A stretch of DNA of 64,000 bases from an uncultured Gammaproteobacteria bacterium. GTDB taxonomy: Bacteria; Patescibacteriota; Patescibacteriia; Magasanikbacterales; UBA922. Numbering within the stretch: the first letter of the stretch is position 1; every line of letters begins with the position of its first letter. Shown here in pieces: positions 8,845 through 17,359 of the stretch. Under the pieces are notes generated by a model. It saw only the letters and a list, made by a program, of their open reading frames with translations, did not search any database and was not told the origin of the DNA. The stretch lies in assembly GCA_964394405.1 (NCBI GenBank), contig CAYMVY010000002.1:192092-256091 (forward strand). The letters are read 5' to 3'. Made by a program: the position numbers and the translations under genes.

Positions 8845-9981
8845 TTAATTCAACCATGGATTTAACTTCTGTAATTGAATTTTCCAGTTAAAAATTTGCT
8901 CGATGCGCTGCCTTCCTGCAGCTCCATACTCAGCACTTTTTTCTTTGTCTCCTAATAATTCAACAATGGTATCAACCACCTTGTGCGCTTCATGATATAC
9001 ATCAAATACCCTTCCAGTCTCTCCATCAATTACCGCCTCCTCTACACCACCACTCTTTCCTGCGACAATTGCCTTGCCAGCTGTCGCAGCCTCGAGAAAC
9101 ACGAGTCCTAGCCCCTCTTCACGCTCACCTGCGGTATGCGTCAATAGTACAAATAGATCTGCGAGGTGATAGTATACTGCTAATTCTTCATGAGGTACTG
9201 ATCCGATAAACCGAACGACATTTTGTAGTGACAATTTTTGCACGGCTTCAAAAATCTCAGCACGCTTAGGCCCATCTCCCACGATTACCCACACTGCATG
9301 AGGTTCTCGAACCAGAATTTCTGGCATTGCATGTACGAGGTGTTGGAATCCCTTGCCAATGTCCATACGTGACACAGAAAGAATTACTTTTTTCCCTTGA
9401 AGCGCAAGCGATCTTCGCAATTTTTCCACTTTTTCTACATCAACCGAACTCAAAAACATCGTATCTGGACACGGATAGACGACTACTGATTTTTGCTCAA
9501 ACTCAGGCAATCTCTCCAAGAATCTCCGCTTGATTGACTCACTATTGAAGACTACTTGTTCTGCCTCTTGAATTACCAGCCTAAGCATTTTTCTCTTCCA
9601 TGGGCTTGCCGAAGCATAGAGTACATCTGTCCCATGAGAAATCACGATATATGGAATTTTTTTGATTTTTTTGACAAGTATAGCGGCATACCCCAATGGT
9701 AGTACATGGTTCACCAATATAATTTCTATTTTTTCCTTTTTTACTATTGAAAAAAAATGTACGATAGTCAATATCCACCGTGGCCAGAAAAAAGAAAGTA
9801 ATTGTTTTTTTCTAAAAATTTTATAGGGTTCTTTCTGATCATATTCCTTATCTCCTGCTATTTTTGGCGCATATACACAGACGCGATCGGGTTCAAGCGA
9901 TCGGGCGAATTGCGCCACATAGGTAGCAATACCCCCAATAGTCGGAGGAAATTCGAGTGTTGCTAATAATATTTTTTTCAT
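8845..9981 (-). CDS. glycosyltransferase family 4 (GT-B, RfaG-like)
   Basis: C-terminal EGLGLVFLEAATAGKAIVAGKSGGVEEAV (EX7E-type GT1/GT4 motif). Confidence 0.8.
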   Translation of the reverse strand: MKKILLATLEFPPTIGGIATYVAQFARSLEPDRVCVYAPKIAGDKEYDQKEPYKIFRKKQLLSFFWPRWILTIVHFFSIVKKEKIEIILVNHVLPLGYAAILVKKIKKIPYIVISHGTDVLYASASPWKRKMLRLVIQEAEQVVFNSESIKRRFLERLPEFEQKSVVVYPCPDTMFLSSVDVEKVEKLRRSLALQGKKVILSVSRMDIGKGFQHLVHAMPEILVREPHAVWVIVGDGPKRAEIFEAVQKLSLQNVVRFIGSVPHEELAVYYHLADLFVLLTHTAGEREEGLGLVFLEAATAGKAIVAGKSGGVEEAVIDGETGRVFDVYHEAHKVVDTIVELLGDKEKSAEYGAAGRQRIEQIFNWKIQLQKLNPWLN

Positions 9982-9984
9982 ATA

Positions 9985-11424
9985 TTAAGAAATTTTGGAT
10001 CTGATTGACCTGAAGTATCGGATATCATCAGATGTCAGCCCCCGGAGGAGTACAAATAGTACCCCAAAAATAGCAGCTCCAACAAAAATTGCGATTACTA
10101 CTGGAGCATAGAGTGCAGTATACCATACTGCTATAGCCATGACAGTACTTGCGCATATGAGCTTGAGTATCAGCGGTACGAGCAGTCGATATGAGATTGA
10201 AATATTTTTTGAGACCGTGATCCATGAGATGACAAACAGGAGAATATTACCTGCTGTCGCAGACAATGCAGCGCCGGTGATCCCGAATCTCGGAATCAAA
10301 ATAAAATTCAATATAATATTTGCCAACATAGTAATGCCTACATAGGTAGTTTGCGTTTTTTGCTTTCCTGTTGCATTGAGTAGCGCTCCTAACAGTACGT
10401 TTACAAATCCTGCAGCAACACCAATCATCAAAATCTGGAGCGGAAGTACAGAGGGGGCATATTCAGTGCCAAAAAATGTTCCAATTATTTTCTCTGCTAA
10501 TACCGTAATCCCTACTGACATCGGAACTGACACCATCAATAAATACCGCAATCCCTGCCCAAACACTTCACCCAATCTTTTCTGATCCCGCGCAAAATAT
10601 TCACTCATCCTCGGGTACAGTCCTGCAATCAAAGCAAAAGGAATGAATTGAAACGCGTATGCTATTTTATAAGGTACGCTATACCAGCCCACTGCCGTAT
10701 CCCCTGCAATCTTTGATAACATTACCGAATCAGCATAGGCGAATACACGCCCAAATATGGTAGCCAGAGCAAAGGGTACTGCGATCGGAAGTAGATAGAA
10801 TACAATTTCTCGGGAATAGCGTGGACGCACCACAATACTATACCGCATGGTGACGATTGACCAGGCATATATTGTATTGAGGAAGCTCGGTATGAGGAAA
10901 GCGATCATCAAAAAAAACAACGGTAGTTTCAAGTATAAAAATATCGTACCTAACACTAGCGTAAGGAACTGACTCCCCATTATTCCACCCGCTTCATATT
11001 TCACATTCCCTACTGCCCGTAGAGTGCCGTACAGACTCAATTGAAGCGAATCAAGTAACATGGTGATTCCTGAGATACCTACCAATAGCTGTGTCTCGAC
11101 GCCATACCCGAGTATCATGAGTACTCCTGACATGATCAGGTATGTTGCTATTCCCAAAAATAGTTTCAAAAAAATAATTGAAGATAAAAACTGAGATACT
11201 TTATCCTTTGCTTTGGCACCTTCCCGGACCATCACATTCGTAAGTCCCAAATCTACAAAAACTACAAAAATCGTAGTGAACGATAATGCAAAGAAATACT
11301 TTCCCGTATCTTCAGCTCCGAGGGTACGCGCAATAATCGCAAAATATACAAAAGAAATCAGTTTTTGAGCTATTGACGCTAGCGTCATGTAGAGTGTACT
11401 TTGACCGAGAGAGATGGTTTTCAT
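9985..11424 (-). CDS. polysaccharide/oligosaccharide flippase, MOP superfamily (Wzx/MurJ-like)
   Basis: 479 aa, about 12-14 TM helices, polysaccharide-biosynthesis-protein architecture; adjacent to a GT gene. Confidence 0.7.
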   Translation of the reverse strand: MKTISLGQSTLYMTLASIAQKLISFVYFAIIARTLGAEDTGKYFFALSFTTIFVVFVDLGLTNVMVREGAKAKDKVSQFLSSIIFLKLFLGIATYLIMSGVLMILGYGVETQLLVGISGITMLLDSLQLSLYGTLRAVGNVKYEAGGIMGSQFLTLVLGTIFLYLKLPLFFLMIAFLIPSFLNTIYAWSIVTMRYSIVVRPRYSREIVFYLLPIAVPFALATIFGRVFAYADSVMLSKIAGDTAVGWYSVPYKIAYAFQFIPFALIAGLYPRMSEYFARDQKRLGEVFGQGLRYLLMVSVPMSVGITVLAEKIIGTFFGTEYAPSVLPLQILMIGVAAGFVNVLLGALLNATGKQKTQTTYVGITMLANIILNFILIPRFGITGAALSATAGNILLFVISWITVSKNISISYRLLVPLILKLICASTVMAIAVWYTALYAPVVIAIFVGAAIFGVLFVLLRGLTSDDIRYFRSIRSKIS

Positions 11425-11467
11425 ATGGCAGTATTTTACGTTAAACTACCAAAAAAGTCTATTACTT

Positions 11468-11597
11468 TTACAACTTAAAACTCAAATGTCAAAACTCAAA
11501 ATTGTAACTAAAAATTCAAAACTAATATGCTAATTTAGTAAAGTTTTAACATTTAAGTTATAGTTTTACGTTTTGAGTTTTTAGCTTTGAGTTAACG
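11468..11597. repeat. AT-rich imperfect-palindrome intergenic element ('caaaactcaaa' family), full copy
   Basis: left arm aacttaaaactcaaatgtcaaaactcaaaattgtaactaaaaattcaaaact; right arm agttttaacatttaagttatagttttacgttttgagtttttagctttgagtt. Confidence 0.7.
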
Positions 11598-11612
11598 AGA
11601 ACTCATCATACA

Positions 11613-11641
11613 AAAACCCCCTGCATCGCAAGGGGTTTGTA
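11613..11641 (-). terminator. intrinsic terminator of the ribosomal protein operon
   Basis: on the minus strand AAACCCCTTGCGATGCAGGGGGTTTTTG, immediately 3' of rpsI. Confidence 0.6.
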
Positions 11642-11650
11642 ATAATCTGA

Positions 11651-12061
11651 CTAACGTTTTCTCCACTGATGTCCACGACGTGCGCGGTGTAAACCTGGTT
11701 TTTTTCGTTCTTTTGCACGTGAATCACGTGTCAACATTCCTTCTGCTTTCAATATCGGTCGCAATTCAGGACTCCATTTGATGAGCGCTCGCGCAATCCC
11801 ATGTCGTACTGCATCAGCTTGTCCTGCGATACCACCGCCTACTACGCGTACTGAAACATCGAGACTTTCTTCACGCTGAGTCAAAACCAATGGACTCATA
11901 GCAGTCTGCTGGTGAATTTTTGTTGGAAAATACTCCTTGAACTCACGTCCGTTAATGGTAATGTTTCCTTTACCTACAGTCAACTTCACGCGTGCAGCAG
12001 CCTCTTTTCGTCTACCGACAGCCCGAGTGGTATCATTTTGTGTGATTTTTTTTATTGACAT
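11651..12061 (-). CDS. rpsI: 30S ribosomal protein S9
   Basis: VRVVGGGIAGQADAVRHGIARAL and a C-terminal basic tail ending in R. Confidence 0.9.
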   Translation of the reverse strand: MSIKKITQNDTTRAVGRRKEAAARVKLTVGKGNITINGREFKEYFPTKIHQQTAMSPLVLTQREESLDVSVRVVGGGIAGQADAVRHGIARALIKWSPELRPILKAEGMLTRDSRAKERKKPGLHRARRGHQWRKR

Positions 12062-12064
12062 ACA

Positions 12065-12436
12065 CTAGACTTTAATAGTTAATCGCTTCAACATCTCCAC
12101 TCGATGTTTGTTCTTTGGAAGCATACCATTGACTGCGTGTTTTACCACTAGTGCTGGATCAGCAGTGAACATAGTTTGCAGAGACATAGTTTTGAGACCA
12201 CCAGGGAACATAGTATGTCTCTTGTAATCTTTCTGAACAAATTTCTTACCGGTAAATTTCAATTTTCCTGCATTAATAATAACGACACGTGCACCTCGAT
12301 CAATGTGGCGTTCAAAGGTTGGTTCGTCTTTTCCCATCAGCGCTTTTGCAGCTTCTGAGGCAACGCGACCGACTGCCCGATTCGTTGCGTCAATTTCCAC
12401 TGTTTTTCGTGTATTCATAGAATTCATATTATACAA
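12065..12436 (-). CDS. rplM: 50S ribosomal protein L13
   Basis: VEIDATNRAVGRVASEAAKALMGKDEPTFERHIDRGARVVIINA matches the L13 N-terminal region; the true start may be an internal Met. Confidence 0.9.
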   Translation of the reverse strand: MYNMNSMNTRKTVEIDATNRAVGRVASEAAKALMGKDEPTFERHIDRGARVVIINAGKLKFTGKKFVQKDYKRHTMFPGGLKTMSLQTMFTADPALVVKHAVNGMLPKNKHRVEMLKRLTIKV

Positions 12437-12779
12437 ATTCGATTTTTACGGTCTCAGCACTATCATTTTGACGATATCCCAACTTCACAATCCGAGTATA
12501 ACCGCCTTTTCTTTCCATATAGCGAGGAGCAATTTCTTTGACCAACATCTTTACCGCTTTTCCCGTATAGAGCGTTTTCATGATAATTTCACGGTCAACG
12601 AGATTATTTCTCTTTGCCTTTGTGACCAAAGGTTCAATAACCGTTTTGAGGGCCTTTGCTTTTGCTTTTGTCGTTACTAGCGATCCATGCAATATCAAAC
12701 TTTCCGCAAGGCTTCTCATGAGCGCTTTGCGTTGTCCTGCTTCCCGACCTAGTTTTACACCTTTTTTCTGATGTCTCAT
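12429..12779 (-). CDS. rplQ: 50S ribosomal protein L17
   Basis: MRHQKKGVKLGREAGQRKALMRSLAESLILHGSLVTTKAKAKAL. Confidence 0.9.
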   Translation of the reverse strand: MRHQKKGVKLGREAGQRKALMRSLAESLILHGSLVTTKAKAKALKTVIEPLVTKAKRNNLVDREIIMKTLYTGKAVKMLVKEIAPRYMERKGGYTRIVKLGYRQNDSAETVKIEFV

Positions 12780-12802
12780 AACAATCTTTCAATAATCAAA
12801 TA

Positions 12803-13528
12803 TTATTCTTGACCACTTGCAGCAGTTTTTGACGCGGTACCAGACGCATCAAGCACAAGACTGTAGTGATCCATAAGAATTTTTGTTGCTCGCTCCACCG
12901 CTTCTCGAGGAGAAATCGTTCCATTCGTTTCAATTCTAATTACAAGTTTTTCGTAATCAGTTACATCTCCTACACGAGTATTCTCAACTGAATATCCCAC
13001 ATCCTTGATTGGTGAGTAAAATGAGTCCATAACAATGGTCCCCAAATCAAGATGCTTGCTTTCTTTTTCTGCAGCAGGAACGTATCCCAAACCTTTTCCA
13101 ATAATCACCTCAAGTGTAAATTCTTTTTTGTCACTCGTAATTGTTGCGATCTTGAGTTCAGGATTAATAATTTCAATATCAGCATTTTTATCAAAATCAC
13201 CTGCAGTCACTTCTCCTTTACCTGTTTTCTTGAGTGTTAATATCACCGGCTCGTCACTGTGAGAAATCACTGCGAGCTGCTTCAGATTGAGTGTAACTTC
13301 AATCACATCTTCGAGTACACCATCAATTGCAGAAAACTCGTGCTGGATTCCATCAATCTTTACTGCCTCGACAGCAGATCCCTCAATTGAAGAGAGAAGT
13401 ACACGTCGGAGTGAATTCCCCAGCGTGGTTCCGTATCCCTGATGACAAGGGGTAACGACCAACTCGCCGATATTTTTGTCACCGGTTTCTCGGAATTCGA
13501 TTGTTGATGGTAGTAAAATATAATCCAT
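12803..13528 (-). CDS. rpoA: DNA-directed RNA polymerase subunit alpha, N-terminal domain only (241 aa, no alpha-CTD)
   Basis: conserved alpha-NTD blocks (GYGTTLGNSLRRVLLSS, VTPCHQG); the ORF ends 24 nt before rplQ, leaving no room for a ~90-aa CTD. Confidence 0.85.
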   Translation of the reverse strand: MDYILLPSTIEFRETGDKNIGELVVTPCHQGYGTTLGNSLRRVLLSSIEGSAVEAVKIDGIQHEFSAIDGVLEDVIEVTLNLKQLAVISHSDEPVILTLKKTGKGEVTAGDFDKNADIEIINPELKIATITSDKKEFTLEVIIGKGLGYVPAAEKESKHLDLGTIVMDSFYSPIKDVGYSVENTRVGDVTDYEKLVIRIETNGTISPREAVERATKILMDHYSLVLDASGTASKTAASGQE

Positions 13529-13580
13529 ACCTGAGAAGATTATTGAAGGGTGAGGCTAAAGCCACACTCCTTCGTTATTA

Positions 13581-14198
13581 TTAGCGAGTTGAGTAATACT
13601 CAACAATAAGTTTAACATCAAATACGCGTTCAAAATCAGTGTCCATTGGTTTACTCGTCACACTTCCTGTTTTTCCTGAAATTCGAAGCCACGAAGGTAA
13701 TTCATGTTTACTCAATTTTTCCTCAATACCTTCAAATAGTTTCTTACCCGCTTTGTTTGCTTTAAGCTCTACCACATCCCCTGTTGATACGATATGTGAA
13801 GGGATGTTCATTTTTTTATTGTTCAAGGTAAACATACCATGACTCACCATCTGTCGCGCTTGCGCTCGTGTGGTCGCAAATCCAAGTCGATATACCACAT
13901 TGTCCATACGCATCTCAAGCATCTGTTGCAAATTAACTCCTGAGTCGCCTTTCATATTACTTGCTTCCTCAACATAGCGTCGGAACTGGCGTTCGCGAAG
14001 TCCGTATACAAATTTTGCTTTCTGTTTTTCGTCCAATTGTTTTCCATATGAAGACGAAGTTCCTTTGCGTTTATTCGGTCCATGAACCCCAGGGGACTGT
14101 GAAAGACGTCGCGCTACTTTGGTCGCGTTTGTTTTCAAACCTAAATTGACGTGGAAACGTCGTGCGATTTTGTTTTTTGGTCCAATATATCTACCCAT
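13581..14198 (-). CDS. rpsD: 30S ribosomal protein S4
   Basis: MGRYIGPKNKIARRFHVNL...YGLRERQFRRYVEEA. Confidence 0.9.
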   Translation of the reverse strand: MGRYIGPKNKIARRFHVNLGLKTNATKVARRLSQSPGVHGPNKRKGTSSSYGKQLDEKQKAKFVYGLRERQFRRYVEEASNMKGDSGVNLQQMLEMRMDNVVYRLGFATTRAQARQMVSHGMFTLNNKKMNIPSHIVSTGDVVELKANKAGKKLFEGIEEKLSKHELPSWLRISGKTGSVTSKPMDTDFERVFDVKLIVEYYSTR

Positions 14199-14226
14199 AG
14201 TGTTTCAAATTTTTGGTAAATTAGCT

Positions 14227-14628
14227 TTATACGCGACGTCGCTTTGGAGGGCGGCATCCATTGTGTGGAATTGGGGTGATATCCTTCACTGCAAGCACAT
14301 TCACTCCATTCGTATTGAATGCGCGAATTGCAGCTTCTCTTCCGCCACCCACACCTTTTACAAACACACTCACCTCTTTGACTCCATAGGGTTTGATTGC
14401 CTCTACTACATTTTTTACAACCATGCCCGCAGCGTAAGGTGTTGCTTTTTTAGGTCCTTTGAATCCCGCTCCTCCAGCAGAACCCCAGCCCAACACATCA
14501 CCATTCTGATCAGTGACTGTAACAATTGTATTATTAAATGAAGCCTGAACATACGCGCGGCCGTGTGAGACTGAACGAATGATTTTTTTCTTTTTGGTAA
14601 TTTTTTTTGTCGTAGTTGCTTGTGCCAT
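14227..14628 (-). CDS. rpsK: 30S ribosomal protein S11
   Basis: ASFNNTIVTVTDQNGDVLGWGSAGGAGFKG...NGCRPPKRRRV. Confidence 0.9.
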   Translation of the reverse strand: MAQATTTKKITKKKKIIRSVSHGRAYVQASFNNTIVTVTDQNGDVLGWGSAGGAGFKGPKKATPYAAGMVVKNVVEAIKPYGVKEVSVFVKGVGGGREAAIRAFNTNGVNVLAVKDITPIPHNGCRPPKRRRV

Positions 14629-14663
14629 ACAATTTTAGAGGATAAAAAGAATATCAGAGGTGT

Positions 14664-15050
14664 TTATGTCTTTTGTGCCGAAGGTTTCTTGCCACTAGGT
14701 GCAATATTTCGCTTGTTTCCTCGAGTTGTTCTACTATTCGTCTTGGTTCTCTGTCCTCGAAGAGGTAGGCGTTTTGCATGTCTCGTGCCACGATAGGACT
14801 TAATATCCTTCAAACGTTTGATATTAGAAGCCACCTCACGTCTTAGATTTCCTTCGGTGGTTTCTTGTTTTTCAATAATATTTCGAATTGCATCTTCTTG
14901 AACCTGAGTGAGCTCTTTTACTCGAGTATTCTCAGAAATTTTTGCTGAAGCCAAAATTTTCTTTGCTTTTGTACTGCCAATACCGTAAATATAGGTAAGT
15001 GCAATTACGATTCTTTTTTCACGTGGGATGGTAACACCAGAGACTCTCAT
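14664..15050 (-). CDS. rpsM: 30S ribosomal protein S13
   Basis: MRVSGVTIPREKRIVIALTYIYGIG...RGQRTKTNSRTTRG. Confidence 0.9.
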   Translation of the reverse strand: MRVSGVTIPREKRIVIALTYIYGIGSTKAKKILASAKISENTRVKELTQVQEDAIRNIIEKQETTEGNLRREVASNIKRLKDIKSYRGTRHAKRLPLRGQRTKTNSRTTRGNKRNIAPSGKKPSAQKT

Positions 15051-15082
15051 ACGCTAAAAATATTCAAAATTATTCTAAAAAA

Positions 15083-15223
15083 TTAACTTCCTGCTTTTGT
15101 TCGCTGCTTTTGCCCTTGTCTTTGTTTGTGTCTTGGGTTCTTGCAGATAACAAACCGAACTCCACGTCTTATGACGATTTTGCAGTCTTTGCATCGTGTC
15201 TTTACTGATGGTTGTACTTTCAT
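15083..15223 (-). CDS. rpmJ: 50S ribosomal protein L36 with a 9-aa C-terminal extension (46 aa; below the ORF-track size cutoff)
   Basis: hand translation of the minus strand gives [46 protein letters not shown]; zinc-ribbon C-x2-C...C-x4-H; canonical position between rpsM and infA. Confidence 0.75.
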   Translation of the reverse strand: MKVQPSVKTRCKDCKIVIRRGVRFVICKNPRHKQRQGQKQRTKAGS

Positions 15224-15322
15224 AACATCCGGGTTTTAAACAAAAATCATCAACTACTACGCGATATCGACGCCAGCCTGAGGCCGGCTACACCGCACTA
15301 GTTGAGACTTCACTATATTAAT

Positions 15323-15541
15323 TTAGAACCGATAGGTAATGCGTCCTTTTGACAGGTCATACGGCGTCATTTCGACTTTCACCTCGTCACCGACGTTGAG
15401 TCGAATATTGAACATTCGCATTTTCCCAGACAAATGGGCAATTACTTCGTGTTCGTTTTCAAGTTTCACTCGAAATTTGGCTCCTGGTAACAATTCATCA
15501 ATAGTACCTCGGACTTCCAAAAAATCGTTTTGCTTTCCCAT
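15323..15541 (-). CDS. infA: translation initiation factor IF-1
   Basis: 72-aa S1-like fold; [34 protein letters not shown] matches the IF-1 consensus. Confidence 0.9.
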   Translation of the reverse strand: MGKQNDFLEVRGTIDELLPGAKFRVKLENEHEVIAHLSGKMRMFNIRLNVGDEVKVEMTPYDLSKGRITYRF

Positions 15542-15679
15542 GTAAATATGTTTAACGCTGACATTGTAGCGTATCTGACTAAAGTTGTCAAGAACTTCCA
15601 GATTGTGTCTAAAGACCTATATCTTGGCTTATTTTAGCATAATAATTTATATTTGACAAACTGTGCACAACTTGATAGT

Positions 15680-16046
15680 TTGCACCTGGTGGATGCAGAA
15701 ACAGTGTACTGCAGAAGTTTCCGGGTTCGTTGCTCGGCACTGGTCCTTGAGATAGTTCCTGGTGTGTAGAGCCATAGGCGGGAGACTGAGAGATCGTGTG
15801 CGGTGTCTACATGGAGCATCAAATAAGGAAAGATCCGAATAGTCGAAAGGCATCGGTACGGGCATTGCTCTCGAGCGGGCCTACTTACACGTCTTATCCT
15901 CGATTTGATGCGATGAAGTGGAGACGTCCCGCACGGAGGATCGTCGTTGAAATACCGCCCTCTAGGAGCGAAATACATTCGAAAGGATTCTGCATCCACC
16001 ACCCTACCCCGCCGACACTTGTGTCCGCGGGGTTTATCTTTTTTAT
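15680..16046 (+). ncRNA. candidate GC-rich structured non-coding transcript of about 360 nt, identity unknown
   Basis: consensus-like promoter (TTGACA at 15651) upstream; about 55% GC region with no credible ORF on either strand; ends in a strong intrinsic terminator; no RNase P, tmRNA or SRP motif found by eye. Confidence 0.25.
16007..16046 (+). terminator. intrinsic terminator (copy 1 of a duplicated terminator)
   Basis: CCCCGCCGACAC-tt-GTGTCCGCGGGG followed by TTTATCTTTTTT. Confidence 0.7.
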
Positions 16047-16112
16047 ACAGTTTGACCAAAACACTATTCTATAGTATACACTCCTTATCCCACACATCGG
16101 AGGAAAAGGGAT

Positions 16113-16475
16113 ATGACGATCAATAATCTCATGGGCACTCAGTTCGTTATCGCGTCCTACAAGATCAAGGATGAGCTCTTCATCCACGGAGGTCCGGATG
16201 CAAGAATAGTAGCAAAAGGAATCCTCCGGTACATGGTTCAAAGCACCCTCACAGAAAATCCTCAGGCAGATGTCAGCCGCCTGATGGAAGATGCAGTGGC
16301 GCTCACACCTACCCTCAAGTACCTGAGTGTCGACGAGCTCCACGAGATCACCAGTCGGGCAGCTGACAATGATCTCGATGCAAGAGTCTTCGAATTCATG
16401 CTTGAAGTACTGCGAGGGTCAGTCCCGACCGAAGACTCCTTCCTCGGGAAGGTGAAAGTTCCCACCATACCCTAA
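16113..16475 (+). CDS. hypothetical protein, GC-rich
   Basis: 120 aa; strong SD GGAGGAAAAGGGAT before the ATG; about 55% GC versus an AT-rich backbone. Confidence 0.5.
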   Translation: MTINNLMGTQFVIASYKIKDELFIHGGPDARIVAKGILRYMVQSTLTENPQADVSRLMEDAVALTPTLKYLSVDELHEITSRAADNDLDARVFEFMLEVLRGSVPTEDSFLGKVKVPTIP

Positions 16476-16493
16476 CCCAGCCGGAGAAACACC

Positions 16494-16706
16494 GTGCCTG
16501 ATCGATACTGCACCACTTGCAGAAAACCCATCAGCGATACCTCACGCCCGCATACACGCATGATCGATGCCATGAATGGAGGTGTCGAGATCATAGAGTG
16601 CGTGGGCGGCATACTTGTCGATGCATCTGCGCTTGGACGCAATCCGCGCTGGTCGTACATCGACTACTCGAGCCACGTGACCGGGATTCACCCCAACGAT
16701 GGCTGA
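16494..16706 (+). CDS. hypothetical small protein (GTG start), GC-rich
   Basis: 70 aa; GGAG 7 nt upstream of GTG; 18 nt after the preceding ORF; followed by a terminator. Confidence 0.4.
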   Translation: MPDRYCTTCRKPISDTSRPHTRMIDAMNGGVEIIECVGGILVDASALGRNPRWSYIDYSSHVTGIHPNDG

Positions 16707-16732
16707 GGTTCATTGGACCAGCTATTGCGCGA

Positions 16733-16769
16733 CCCCGCCGACACCATGTCCGCGGGGTTCATCTTTTTT
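16733..16769 (+). terminator. intrinsic terminator (copy 2, near-identical to 16007..16046)
   Basis: CCCCGCCGACACCATGTCCGCGGGG followed by TTCATCTTTTTTAT. Confidence 0.7.
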
Positions 16770-16806
16770 ATATGTACTTTTCTTTTCTCTTTTTTACTTT
16801 TAACCT

Positions 16807-17250
16807 TTAACTTTTTACTTCCTCTCTCTCCCGATACACCCAAAATCGAAATAGTGCAAAATTCCACAGTACCATGCACGCAATTGAAGCTACTCGTACC
16901 AATAGATATGGAAGTCCAAGAATCTCGTTTCCCAAATGCATCGCACCTACTGAGAACGCATAGTTCCATGTTGCGAGTATCAGATATCGTACTAATTCTT
17001 TGTGTGAAGGAGCCTTGCTTCCAAACGACCATTTTTTATTGAGAGTAAAATTAAACCCAAGCACTATTGCCTGATTGATGATAACTGACACGGTCGGATT
17101 CAGCTGGATCCACTCAACAAACACAACAAGCAATGCGAGATCAATCGCAACACTTGAAACTCCGACAATTACATATTTTGCGAATTTTACTCGCTCTGCC
17201 CACGCCATTGCGATAACATGAAGAATTTTTTGTTTCATAGATGTAGGCAA
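16807..17250 (-). CDS. GtrA family polysaccharide-synthesis membrane protein
   Basis: 147 aa, 4 TM helices; YVIVGVSSVAIDLALLVVFVEW...LNKKWSF matches GtrA-like. Confidence 0.65.
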   Translation of the reverse strand: MPTSMKQKILHVIAMAWAERVKFAKYVIVGVSSVAIDLALLVVFVEWIQLNPTVSVIINQAIVLGFNFTLNKKWSFGSKAPSHKELVRYLILATWNYAFSVGAMHLGNEILGLPYLLVRVASIACMVLWNFALFRFWVYREREEVKS

Positions 17251-17359
17251 GTATACGCGATATGTACATTTTATTCAAACAAAATAAGACTACAGTCGAC
17301 AGCCTACTGACTACAGTAAGATTCAAGATCTACTGTCTATAGTCTGTTGTCTATAGTCT

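Noticed and set aside
15650-16046. Assigning the GC-rich ncRNA candidate to RNase P RNA or tmRNA
   Set aside because: I could not find the conserved P4 strands (GGAAAGUCCGG...ACAGAA.CCGGCUUA) or a tmRNA tRNA-like T-arm, ACCA end or tag reading frame. It is left as unknown.
15634-16343. Minus-strand ORFs 15634..16059 and 15894..16343 (141 and 149 aa) across the GC-rich interval
   Set aside because: Composition is Arg/Cys/Ser-rich and non-protein-like, with no SD. They are antisense to the promoter, terminator and SD-led gene on the plus strand.
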